Source of the DNA: an uncultured Acidobacteriota bacterium
Lineage (GTDB): Bacteria > Acidobacteriota > Thermoanaerobaculia > UBA5066
Direction of reading: 5' to 3'
NCBI GenBank assembly: GCA_963779415.1
Contig: CAVZYA010000002.1
Location: 1,600,001 to 1,664,000 of the forward strand
DNA length: 64,000 bases
The notes beneath the pieces are model-generated. The model did not search any database. It worked only from the letters and a program-made list of their open reading frames with translations, and was not told the DNA's origin. Position 1 is the stretch's first letter. The number at the start of each line of letters is the position of its first letter. A program made the position numbers and the translations under genes. Positions 42,017 to 50,945 of the stretch are shown here, in pieces.

Positions 42017-43657
42017 TCAGCCGCGGGCGCGAAGACGTCCCAGCTTCCGGACGACCTCGCCGGTCGGGAGAGCGTTCAGGACGTCGGCCGCGGCGAAGCC
42101 GGCCTTACGGGCCGCGGCGACACCCCACCGGACGTCGAGAAGGCCGTCGAGGTCGTGAGCGTCGGGGTTGATCGACGTGAAGACGCCGTGCCGCCGCGCC
42201 TCGGCTCCCATCCGCCAGTCGAGGTCGAGCCGCCAGGGCGACGCGTTCAATTCCACCCCGCACCCCGCCTCGCCGGCGGCCGCGAGGACCGCCGGGAGGT
42301 CGACGTCGAACCCTTCCCGCGCCAGGAGAAGCCGCCCCGTCGCATGCCCGAGCATCGTCACGCGCGGGTTCCGGACGGCGCGGACGAGACGGGCCGTCTG
42401 GTCGGAGCGGGAGAGACGGAAGGCCGAGTGGACGGAGGCGATGACGAAGTCGAAGCCGGCGAGGAAGTCATCGCCGTAGTCGATCGAGCCGTCGGGAAGG
42501 ATGTCCGCCTCCGTTCCCCGGAAGATCGTGAGAGCCGGAAACTCCGGACGGAGCGCATCGATCTCGGCCCACTGCTCGCGGACCCTTTCGGGCGAAAGGC
42601 CGCGGGCGTACGCCGCCGCCGGAGAGTGGTCCGTGATGCCGAGGTAGTCATGTCCCAGCTCGACGGCGCTCCGGAAGAGCTCCTCCAGCGTCGCCGTTCC
42701 GTCCGACCACGTCGAGTGGACGTGGAAAAGGCCGCGAATGTCGGAAGGGGCGAGGAGGCTCGGAAGAGACCCCGCGGCCGCCTGCTCCACCTCGCCGCGC
42801 CCCTCGCGCAGCTCGGGAGGAATCGGAGCGAGTCCGAGACGTTCGTAGAGCGCCGATTCTTCGAATGAGGGGGAATGGAGCACGCCGTCCGTGTCGCGCT
42901 TCTCGAGTGCCGAAAGGTGCGCGTCTGCCCCCGTTGACCCTAGAAGACGATTCCCGAAATCGTTCATCGGCCCCGCGTCGAGGGTCACGGGCGGGGCGCC
43001 GGGCTTTTCGGGGATCGGCGGGAGCTTCTCCGGTTTCTCGCAGGCAACGACGAGGACGACGGAGGAGACCGTCTCGCATCCGCGCCGCAGCTCTCCCGCG
43101 ATCTCGACGCGGGTCACGCCCGCGCCCTTCGCGGCAGGGGATCGAAGCAGGCTGAGGGCTTCCTCCGCCCGGGCCTCGGCGTCCGGAAGCCGCCAGCGCC
43201 CCTCCGTCGACCGGACGAACCGGAGCCCTTCCGTGATTCTCTCCTGCGTCTTCGCGCCGAAGCCGGCGAGCGCGACGAGGCGGTTTTCGCGGATGGCGTA
43301 CTCCAGCTCGCCGAGCGACGTCACCCCCAGCTCCTTCCAGAGCGCGGCCGCCTTCTTCGTCCCGAGCCCCGGGATCCGGAGAAGGTCGGGAAGCGTCGCC
43401 GGGACCTCCTTTTCGAGCGAGGCGAGGGCCGGCGAAGAGCCGGTCTCGAGGAGAGCTGTGATCTCCGCCGCGATCGAGGCCCCGATCCCCTTCACGGAGA
43501 CGAGCTTTCCGTCGCGGACGAGCGACGGAAGGTCGGAAAGACCCGCGACGGTGGTCGCGGCGTTCTCGAAGGCCCGCACCTTGAACGGGTTCTCCCCCTT
43601 CAGCGCGAGGAGCCCGGCGATCCGCTCGAGGGCGGCGGAGACGGCGTCGCGGTCCAC
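42017..43657 (-). CDS. polX: PolX-PHP family protein with degenerate polymerase site
   Basis: GENPFKVRAF, HhH motifs, IPPELREG, PHP HVHSTWSDG, ITDHS, GTEADIL, HATGR, DAH. Confidence 0.88.
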   Translation of the reverse strand: MDRDAVSAALERIAGLLALKGENPFKVRAFENAATTVAGLSDLPSLVRDGKLVSVKGIGASIAAEITALLETGSSPALASLEKEVPATLPDLLRIPGLGTKKAAALWKELGVTSLGELEYAIRENRLVALAGFGAKTQERITEGLRFVRSTEGRWRLPDAEARAEEALSLLRSPAAKGAGVTRVEIAGELRRGCETVSSVVLVVACEKPEKLPPIPEKPGAPPVTLDAGPMNDFGNRLLGSTGADAHLSALEKRDTDGVLHSPSFEESALYERLGLAPIPPELREGRGEVEQAAAGSLPSLLAPSDIRGLFHVHSTWSDGTATLEELFRSAVELGHDYLGITDHSPAAAYARGLSPERVREQWAEIDALRPEFPALTIFRGTEADILPDGSIDYGDDFLAGFDFVIASVHSAFRLSRSDQTARLVRAVRNPRVTMLGHATGRLLLAREGFDVDLPAVLAAAGEAGCGVELNASPWRLDLDWRMGAEARRHGVFTSINPDAHDLDGLLDVRWGVAAARKAGFAAADVLNALPTGEVVRKLGRLRARG

Positions 43658-43674
43658 GCGGGTAGGATAGTCGG

Positions 43675-44550
43675 ATGGAAAGCTTCGGCGGCGCCGACCT
43701 CCACTGCCACTCGGTCTTCTCGGACGGCGTCGAGACGCCCGCCTCGCTCGTCGCCCGCGCCGTGAAGGCGGGCCTTTCGGCGCTCGCCCTTTCGGACCAC
43801 GACGCGGTCAACGGCCTCCCGGATTTCGAAGCGGCCGCCGTCGGGACGTCGATGATTCCGGTTCCGGCCGCGGAGCTCTCGACGCGCTGCAACGGCGAGG
43901 ACGTCCACCTCCTCGGCCTTTTCGTCGACCCCCTGGAGCCGGATTTCGCGGCGCGGCTCGCACAGATGCGCCGCGAGCGGGATCTGCGGGGGGAAGCGAT
44001 GGTGGAGAAGCTGGCGGCGCTCGGTTTTCCGCTCGAGCTCGCGTCGATCCGCCACGTCGTTGGAGAGGGAACCTTCGGCCGGCCGCACGTCGCCCGTGCC
44101 ATGGTGGCCGCCGGCCACGTCAAGTGCGTCGAGGAGGCCTTCGAGAAATACCTGACGAAAGGAAGACCCGGCTACGTGCCGAAGCCGAAGTGGACGCTCG
44201 CGGAGGCGATCGCCGCGGTCCGCCGGGCCGGAGGGCTCTCCGTCATCGCGCATCCGATCTGGTACGCCGACCCCGAGAAGATCGTCGCGCAGGGGGTCGA
44301 GGCGGGGCTCGACGGCCTCGAGGTGGTCCACACGGATCACAACGGAGCGGCCACCGGGGAGTTCGCCCGGATCGCCGACCGCTACCGCCTCCTCCGGTCG
44401 GCCGGGTCGGACTTCCACGCCGACATCGAAGGCGGCAAGGGCGTCGGCGCCTGCCGGCTCGGCCTCGCCGAGTGGGAGCGCCTCGCGGAGGCCGCCGTCC
44501 GCCGCCGCGCCGAAACGGGCCGACCGCCCGTAGATTTCTCGCCACGTTGA
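43675..44550 (+). CDS. PHP domain protein (TrpH/YciV-like)
   Basis: DLHCHSVFSDG, SDHD, GRPHVA, AHP, GSDFH. Confidence 0.9.
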   Translation: MESFGGADLHCHSVFSDGVETPASLVARAVKAGLSALALSDHDAVNGLPDFEAAAVGTSMIPVPAAELSTRCNGEDVHLLGLFVDPLEPDFAARLAQMRRERDLRGEAMVEKLAALGFPLELASIRHVVGEGTFGRPHVARAMVAAGHVKCVEEAFEKYLTKGRPGYVPKPKWTLAEAIAAVRRAGGLSVIAHPIWYADPEKIVAQGVEAGLDGLEVVHTDHNGAATGEFARIADRYRLLRSAGSDFHADIEGGKGVGACRLGLAEWERLAEAAVRRRAETGRPPVDFSPR

Positions 44551-45644
44551 TGCGAGGAGTGACCCTCCAAGTATGCTTCGCCGGCGCACTCGCGATCACG
44601 GTCGCTTCCTGCTCCCGCCGGACGTCTTTTTCTCCCTCCCTTGCGGAGGGGCCCACGACGATCGAAGCAATCGACGCCGAGCTCCACCGCCTGGAGGCGG
44701 CCGGTTTCACCGGAGTCGTCCTTCTCGCCAAGGGAGACCACGTGGTCCTCGAGCGGGGATACGGATTCGCCGATCGCGAGCGGCGCCGCGCAATGACCCC
44801 GACGACCGGTTTCGACATCGGCTCACTCACCAAACCTTTTACGGCTGCTGCGATTCTGACCCTCGAGCGCGACGGGAAGCTCCATCGCGGCGACACGCTC
44901 GATCGATATTTTCCTTCTGCGCCCGCCGACAAGAGGGCGATCACGATTGCGCAGCTTCTCGCCCACTCCTCCGGCCTCGCCGACATCGTCGATGCGCGCG
45001 GACGTGCGACGCGGTACACGCCGGACTTCGACTACGAGCCCGTCACGCGCGACGAAATCGTGCAGCGGGCGCTGGCGAGTACTCTCCTCTTCCCGCCCGG
45101 CACCAAGATCCACTACTCGAATCTCGGCTACAGCCTTCTCGGCGTCGTGATCGAGATCGCGTCGAACGAGTCGTATGAGGCGTACGTGCGGCGTGCGATC
45201 TTCGAGCCGTCGGGGATGAAGCGAACCGGCTACGGCCTCGCCGGCTGGTCTTCAGACGAACTGGCCACGGGCTATGTCGACGGCAAGCGCTGGGGGACGC
45301 CACTGGAGCACCCGTGGCTCGCGGACGGCCCATCATGGAACCTGCGCGCCAACGGCGGGATGCTCTCGGACGCGCGTGAGCTTTTTTCGTGGCTCCGTGC
45401 CGTCGATCGGGGCGCCGTGCTTCAGGGCGAAGCGAAGAAGGCGTTCTTCGATCTGTCCGTCCACGTCACGAAACGCGGCTCGCGTGTGATGGGTCCCGCC
45501 GGCGGCAACGACGTGTTTGACGCGGTATACGCCTGGTTCCTCGACGAAGGGCGTATTGCGATCATCCTCGCGAGCGATCCGCGCGTACGCGCAGAGGACG
45601 TGATGCCTCCTTTGCTCGGGGCCATGCGGGCGGCGGGCCTGTAG
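44550..45644 (+). CDS. serine hydrolase, beta-lactamase/PBP family (probable lipoprotein)
   Basis: SxxK (GSLTK), LLAHSSGL, YSNLGY; lipobox-like VASC. Confidence 0.87.
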   Translation: MRGVTLQVCFAGALAITVASCSRRTSFSPSLAEGPTTIEAIDAELHRLEAAGFTGVVLLAKGDHVVLERGYGFADRERRRAMTPTTGFDIGSLTKPFTAAAILTLERDGKLHRGDTLDRYFPSAPADKRAITIAQLLAHSSGLADIVDARGRATRYTPDFDYEPVTRDEIVQRALASTLLFPPGTKIHYSNLGYSLLGVVIEIASNESYEAYVRRAIFEPSGMKRTGYGLAGWSSDELATGYVDGKRWGTPLEHPWLADGPSWNLRANGGMLSDARELFSWLRAVDRGAVLQGEAKKAFFDLSVHVTKRGSRVMGPAGGNDVFDAVYAWFLDEGRIAIILASDPRVRAEDVMPPLLGAMRAAGL

Positions 45645-45680
45645 AGCCGGCTCGAAAGCACGGGGGTCACGACGGCACGG

Positions 45681-45709
45681 GGGTCAGGTCTTGCACCTTT
45701 AGTCTGCTG
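45681..45709 (+). repeat. TIR-like end GGGTCAGGTCTTGCAC...
   Basis: 28/29 identical to 49219-49247; shares GGGTCAGGTC with the transposase TIRs. Confidence 0.75.
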
Positions 45710-45715
45710 TCAGCA

Positions 45716-45898
45716 GTAAGCCGACCGGTTCGACTGGAGTTCCCCGGCGCTGTCTGGCACGTCACCTCTCGCGGCTACGAATGGCGGGACGTCTTTCGGG
45801 ACGATCGGGACCGGGAATGGTTTCTCACCGTCCTCGGCCGAGCCGATTCCCTCCGCCGCTGGCGACGCAAGGCCGACGCTCTTGAAGGAACCCGATAG
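45716..45898 (+). pseudogene. truncated Y1 (RAYT-like) transposase remnant
   Basis: Reads (V)SRPVRLEFPGAVWHVTSRGYEWRDVFRDDRDREWFLTVLGR..., colinear with the first ~60 aa of 47097-48059; start codon decayed to GTA; stop at 45898. Confidence 0.85.
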
Positions 45899-46016
45899 GA
45901 TCTGGAAGGAGATCTCAGAAGGAGAGTAGAACAGAGGTGGAAGACCTGGCCATCATGAACTCTCATGAACTATGCCCTCATGAACTACGGGGTTTCGACA
46001 GAGTCGAGACGGGTTC

Positions 46017-46046
46017 TTGACAGCCTCGGGGAAATGCGGATAGATT
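46017..46046 (+). promoter_or_regulatory. sigma70-type promoter for 46119 gene
   Basis: TTGACA (46017-46022), 18-bp spacer, TAGATT (46041-46046). Confidence 0.6.
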
Positions 46047-46118
46047 GCTTTCAAGAGATTATGGAAAGGGGAGGACCAGCTCTTCTCGCGGGTCTTCCCC
46101 GTACGAAGGGAGGAAGAG

Positions 46119-46985
46119 GTGAAAAAACTGATGGTGACCCTGTCGGCTCTGCTCCTGCTGGCAGGAGCCCAGAATGCGGTGGCGGCCACGTTTGCTGTCT
46201 GGCTGGACGGAAACGTCACCCCCGGCGGTGGCGGTAGCGGTATCCCCTCGAGTCTGGAACACGCCTTCGGCTCGGGATCTGTGACCCTGGTGACCACTGC
46301 ACAGCTGGAGACGCCCGGCTTCCTCAATGCGTTCGACGCCGTCGTCGTCAGCCGATACGACGCCGCCTTCGGCACCGCCTTGAGCCCGGCGGCAGCTGCC
46401 AACATCGTGACGTACGTCGGAACCGGTGCTGGCCAGGGGGGCGTCGCCATCTTCCCGAACGACCTCGCCGACAACCTCTACGGGGCGGCAACTGGTGACC
46501 CGTTCGATGCAAACCTGGACCGGCTGTTCACCAATGCCGCCACGTTCGCGGCCGCCAGCCATCATGGATTCATCGCCGAGTTCAATGGCGCGGTGATGGC
46601 CGTGACCTCGAACACGGCCGGGTGGCCCGCCATGGGCCTTCTTCCCGGCGCGGCGAACGCCGTTCACGGTGTCAGCACGCCCGACGGACATTTCCACTGG
46701 GACGTGGGACCCATCGGCTCGGATAATGCGATCGACGCCGGCGTCACCTTCCCGTTCACCGACGCTGATGTCACGCTTTTCCGGACCGACATCACCGGGG
46801 CTTCTTCGAGCAACATTGTCGACGTCTTCGACGACAACGGCCTGCCCGCCCTGCTGGCCAATCAAGTCGTCATCAACGGGGGGGGCGCTCTCGCGGTCCC
46901 GGCGCTGGACCCCATCGCACGGACGGTCTTCACCGGTCTCCTAGCGGCCGCCGGGTTCCTTCTCGTAAAGCGCATAGCCAGCTGA
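46119..46985 (+). CDS. secreted protein with IPTL/PEP-CTERM-like sorting tail
   Basis: Signal MKKLMVTLSALLLLAGAQNAVA; C-terminal VPALDP + TM + KR. Confidence 0.75.
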   Translation: MKKLMVTLSALLLLAGAQNAVAATFAVWLDGNVTPGGGGSGIPSSLEHAFGSGSVTLVTTAQLETPGFLNAFDAVVVSRYDAAFGTALSPAAAANIVTYVGTGAGQGGVAIFPNDLADNLYGAATGDPFDANLDRLFTNAATFAAASHHGFIAEFNGAVMAVTSNTAGWPAMGLLPGAANAVHGVSTPDGHFHWDVGPIGSDNAIDAGVTFPFTDADVTLFRTDITGASSSNIVDVFDDNGLPALLANQVVINGGGALAVPALDPIARTVFTGLLAAAGFLLVKRIAS

Positions 46986-47011
46986 GCCGTCTGGCCGTAG
47001 GAGTCGAAGAG

Positions 47012-47034
47012 AGGGGGGCGGGGCCCCCCTTTTT
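47012..47034 (+). terminator. intrinsic terminator
   Basis: AGGGGGGC/GCCCCCCT hairpin followed by TTTT. Confidence 0.65.
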
Positions 47035-47062
47035 CTTGAGCGCGTTAGGGTCAAGCGCGTTA

Positions 47063-48082
47063 GGGTCAGGTCCCATATCTGTAGTATACTGAGACGGTGA
47101 GCCGACCTCTCCGACTGGAATTCCCGGGTGCGGTCTGGCACGTGACCTGCCGCGGCAACGAGCGGCGGGAGGTCTTTCGCGACGACAGTGACCGCGAGCG
47201 TTTTCTCGGCGTTCTCGGCCGGACCGTCTCGCTCTTCCGCTTTCGGCTCCACGCCTACGTGTTGATGGGGAACCACTATCACCTGCTGGTCGAAACGCCG
47301 GAGCCGACACTCTCCCGCGGCATGCGCCAGCTCAACGGCGTCTATACGCAGGCCTTCAATCGGGCTCACCGGAGAGTGGGACATCTCTTTCAGGGTCGCT
47401 TCAAGGCCATCCTCGTCGAGAAGGAAGCCCACCTTCTCGAGCTCTGCCGGTACGTCGTGCTCAACCCTGTCCGTGCGGGGATCGTCCGAACCGCCAGGGG
47501 CTGGCCGTGGAGCAGCTACCGGGCGACGGCGGGCCTCGTGGAGTGCCCGGAGTGGCTCGAGACCGGCTGGACGCTCGAGCAGTTTGGAGGAACGCGGGTA
47601 AGGGCCCTGGAGGCCTACCGGCGATTCGTGTCAGACGGAAGACAAAGCGCCTACGAGCCCTGGAAGAGCATAGAGGGGCAGATCTTCCTCGGATCGAAGG
47701 AGTTTCGGAGAAGGACGATTCGGCAGGCGTTGGCGGGCCGAAAGAGCCGGGGAGTGCCGAAAGTCCAGCGTCTTGCGGCGTCCAGGAGCCGGGACGAGCT
47801 GTTTCGGGAATGCCTGGAGGCTCTCGGACGGGACCGGGAGAGCCTCGCGAGCCGGACGCGCCTTCTGGCGGAAGAGCGGAAGGCGGTGGCGGCGATCCTT
47901 CGGCGGCGGGGCCTGATGAAGCTGACGGAGATCGGGGGGTTGCTGGGGGTTGGAGAAGGACAGGCGGGGCTGATGGCGAAACAGGGCGAATCGGCTCTTC
48001 GGGAAGACACCGGCTTGAGGCGGCGGCTGGGAGAACTGGCCGACGAAGCTTCGGAGTAGACTGTAGAAATGGGACCTGACCC
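47063..48082 (+). mobile_element. TIR-flanked Y1 transposase element (TIRtron-like)
   Basis: Left TIR gggtcaggtcccatatctgtagt (47063-47085); right TIR reverse complement gggtcaggtcccatttctacagt (48060-48082); 20/23 match. Confidence 0.8.
47097..48059 (+). CDS. REP-associated-type tyrosine (Y1/HUH) transposase with C-terminal HTH-like region
   Basis: HVTCRGN, HUH motif LMGNHYHLL, GHLFQGRFKA, RYVVLNPVRAG, WSSY. Confidence 0.92.
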   Translation: MSRPLRLEFPGAVWHVTCRGNERREVFRDDSDRERFLGVLGRTVSLFRFRLHAYVLMGNHYHLLVETPEPTLSRGMRQLNGVYTQAFNRAHRRVGHLFQGRFKAILVEKEAHLLELCRYVVLNPVRAGIVRTARGWPWSSYRATAGLVECPEWLETGWTLEQFGGTRVRALEAYRRFVSDGRQSAYEPWKSIEGQIFLGSKEFRRRTIRQALAGRKSRGVPKVQRLAASRSRDELFRECLEALGRDRESLASRTRLLAEERKAVAAILRRRGLMKLTEIGGLLGVGEGQAGLMAKQGESALREDTGLRRRLGELADEASE

Positions 48083-48122
48083 CTCTGAGACTTGACCCCT
48101 CTGAGACTGACCCCTCTGAGAC
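48077..48122. repeat. 3x 15-bp tandem repeat TGACCCCTCTGAGAC
   Basis: Exact copies at 48077, 48093 and 48108, overlapping the right TIR end. Confidence 0.9.
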
Positions 48123-48165
48123 GCTGAGACGAAGCCCGGAACCAGAAAAAAGGAGACCTGAACCC

Positions 48166-48684
48166 GTGACCTGCAATCGACGCGCTGCATTCACCCGGAC
48201 GGCTTCGCTCCTTCTCGGAGCGCTCCTCGTCTCCTTCCCGGGGAGCCCGGCCCGGCCCGACGGGCCTGCTCCGCCTTCCGTGCCGGGCGACTCGTGGCCG
48301 GGCGCGGAGCGGATGACGCCGGAAGAGCTCGTTCGGATCCTCCGCTCCCCGGGCGCGGAGAAGCCGGCGATCTTTCACGTCGGGTTCCGCGTCCTCTTCG
48401 CGCAGGCGCACATCCCCGGGTCGCAGTACGCCGGGCCCGGGATGAAACAGGCGGGGCTCGACGCGCTTCGAAAGGCCGTCGCATCGACGGCGAAGACGAA
48501 ATTGATCGTCCTTTACTGCGGCTGCTGTCCGTGGGAACGTTGCCCGAACCTCGAGCAGCCGTGGAGGACACTCATGGCGGCCGGGTTCACTCGCGTGAAG
48601 GTCCTCTACATACCGAAGAACTTCGGCCAGGACTGGGTCCAGAAAGGCTACCCCGTGGAGGCGGGCGATCCGGGCCGTGGTTGA
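48166..48684 (+). CDS. secreted rhodanese-like domain protein
   Basis: Signal peptide; AHIPGS, IVLYCGCCPWERCPN, GFTRVKVL, W...GYPVE. Confidence 0.8.
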   Translation: MTCNRRAAFTRTASLLLGALLVSFPGSPARPDGPAPPSVPGDSWPGAERMTPEELVRILRSPGAEKPAIFHVGFRVLFAQAHIPGSQYAGPGMKQAGLDALRKAVASTAKTKLIVLYCGCCPWERCPNLEQPWRTLMAAGFTRVKVLYIPKNFGQDWVQKGYPVEAGDPGRG

Positions 48685-49201
48685 GAGAGCCGCCGGCACG
48701 GTCGCGCTCCTGCTCCGGGCCATGGCCTTCGCGGGTCTCCTCGCACCCGTCGCTCGCGGCGCCGATGCGCCTCCGCCGAAGATCGGCGGACCGGCGCCGA
48801 GGCTCGGGCTGGTCGACCTGGACGGAGCGCCGCTCGATCTGGCCTCGCTTCGTGGAAAGGTCGTCGTCGTCGATTTCTGGGCAACCTGGTGCGCACCGTG
48901 CCGCTCCCAGGTGCCTCGTTTCGTGGAGCTCCAGGCGAAGTACCGCGAGAAGGGTCTCGAGGTCGTCGGGATCTCTCTCGACGATTCTCCGGCGCCGGTT
49001 CGCGAGTTCCGCCGCCGGTACGGGATGACATATCGGGTCGCCCTCGGCGACGAGAAGGTGGCCGAGCGCTGGGGAGGAATCCTCGGGCTGCCCGTGGCCT
49101 TCGTCGTCGACCGGGCGGGGCGGCTTCGCGCCCGGCATGAGGGAGAGGGGGATCTCGCCGCCATCGAGCGGGATGTCGTTCGGCTGCTCGGGGAGAAGTG
49201 A
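48677..49201 (+). CDS. TlpA/ResA-type disulfide reductase
   Basis: Signal/TM segment; DFWATWCAPC; GLP. Confidence 0.9.
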   Translation: MVERAAGTVALLLRAMAFAGLLAPVARGADAPPPKIGGPAPRLGLVDLDGAPLDLASLRGKVVVVDFWATWCAPCRSQVPRFVELQAKYREKGLEVVGISLDDSPAPVREFRRRYGMTYRVALGDEKVAERWGGILGLPVAFVVDRAGRLRARHEGEGDLAAIERDVVRLLGEK

Positions 49202-49218
49202 CGCGGCAAGCGGCCGGA

Positions 49219-49281
49219 GGGTCAGGTCTTGCACCTGTAGTCTGCTGGCGGATTGAAGCGGGTCGCGCCTCTTTCTGACCC
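49219..49281. mobile_element. putative non-autonomous mini-element with GGGTCAG...CTGACCC ends
   Basis: Left end matches 45681-45709; CTGACCC at 49275-49281; intergenic position. Confidence 0.45.
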
Positions 49282-49367
49282 TCCCGACCCCTCGATTTAA
49301 TAGACTCAACGGTGAATTCACCGCCCAGGGGGGTGCCCCTGCCTGAAATCCAGAAAGGAGATTGCTC

Positions 49368-50418
49368 GTGAGAGGAAACCTCGGCGTGAGCTTTGTTCTG
49401 GCTCTGGCCGTCGCGACGCTTCCGAAGGCGGCCAGCCCTCAGCAGGTCGAGAAGAAGGACTGTATCTTCCTTTCGAGCCTTCATCAGACGTCCCGCGGAA
49501 TGGGTTACTGGTACGACAAGAAGAACGGCGGCCTGGAGATCGCTCACCGGTGTTCCCTACTCGGAGTTGAGCTGCAAGAACTGTCACGTCGCCTCGTGCG
49601 ACGGCTGCCACAGGACGGAGATCGGGGGCAAAGCCGGGTATTCCACGAAGGCGGCGAAGGATCAGGGGCTCTGTCTGAAGTGCCACGGCCGCGAGGCCGC
49701 GACGATGAAGACGGACAAGGCCCAGAACCAGGTAGACGTCCACGTTCAGGCCGGCCTGCAGTGCATGGACTGTCACACGGGGAGCGACGTCCATGGCGAC
49801 GGCTCCGAGTACGCGTCGATGAAGCAGCCCGGGGCGATCGCCCCGAAGTGTGAAAACTGCCATGCAAAGGTGACCCGGAGCCTGTCGCACACGGTCCATT
49901 CCGGGAATCTCGACTGCAAGGCGTGCCACGTGCGCCAGGTCGTGAGCTGCACGAACTGTCACTTCGAAACGCTCGTCAAGACGGGCCAGCGTGTCTCCGT
50001 TCCCATGTCCGGCTGGATCTTCCTGATGAACGGAGACGGGAGGGTGACTTCGGCGAACATGCAGACGTTCGTCGTGCCGGGCAAGAAGACCTTCCTGATG
50101 TTCGCCCCCCAGTTCAGCCATTCCGTCACGAAGAACGGGAGGCGCTGCGAGGAGTGTCACGCCACGGAAGCGGCCGCGGAGGCCCGGTCGAAGAACGTGA
50201 AGCTTCTCTGGCTCGACAAGGGGGGAGTGCAGCAGGCCAAGGGCGTGATCCCCGTGGCGGCCGGCGCCCGTTACGGGCTCGTGTTCCAGGACTTTCAGGA
50301 CGGGAAGTGGAGCGTCATCGAGAATCCGGCGGAGCCGGTGATCCACTATGCCGGCTTTGGCGAACCGCTTTCGGACGCCCAGCTCGCGAAACTGGCGACG
50401 CCGCAGAAGATGAAGTGA
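49368..50418 (+). CDS. periplasmic octaheme cytochrome c (one frameshift near 49545)
   Basis: RBS AAGGAG, signal peptide; CKNCH, CDGCH, CLKCH, CMDCH, CENCH, CKACH, CTNCH, CEECH. Confidence 0.85.
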
Positions 50419-50432
50419 GGCCGGCGCCCCGG

Positions 50433-50945
50433 TCAGCGGGGCGCGGCCGCGGAGCCGTGGCGCTCGATCCCCCAGCGGACCATGTCGGTGGCGACGGGGG
50501 CGTGGCCGAGGCGGCGGACCATGGAGGAGATCTGGCCCCGGTGGTAGGTCTGGTGGTTGACGACGTGCCGGACGACGATCCCGAATTGGGCCGTCTTCAC
50601 CTCGCCGGAGAGGTTCTTCCACGAGAAGGGGCGGTCGAGCTTCTCTCGCGTCAGGGACTCGACGTGGGCGCGGTGCTTCGCGTGCGCGCGAAGAAGGACG
50701 GCGACCGCGTCTTCCAGCTTCGGGAGCGCGCTTTCCTTCGGCAGCACGAGGACGTCCGCCCCCGAGAAGCGGTCGGCCCATGCGTCGGTGGCGCCGGCGA
50801 GGTGGACGAAGGTGGCGCGGACGGAGGGCCAGCCGCCTCCCATCTCGCGGAGGTAGTCGGCTTCGGGGAGGGAGCGGAGCATCGTGATGACCCGCCCGTT
50901 CGCCCATTCGTTGTAGTCGTAGAGGGAGAGAAGCTCGACGCTCAC
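50433..50945 (-). CDS. DinB family protein
   Basis: YNEWAN, TFVHL, HVVNHQTYHRGQI. Confidence 0.9.
   Translation of the reverse strand: MSVELLSLYDYNEWANGRVITMLRSLPEADYLREMGGGWPSVRATFVHLAGATDAWADRFSGADVLVLPKESALPKLEDAVAVLLRAHAKHRAHVESLTREKLDRPFSWKNLSGEVKTAQFGIVVRHVVNHQTYHRGQISSMVRRLGHAPVATDMVRWGIERHGSAAAPR

Noticed and set aside
44550-45644. Antibiotic-resistance beta-lactamase
   Set aside because: Generic serine hydrolase fold with SxxK and YSN but no recognisable KTG triad; resistance cannot be inferred
48077-48130. Short repeats as a CRISPR array
   Set aside because: The 15-bp units are directly adjacent with no spacers, and there are no cas genes in the window
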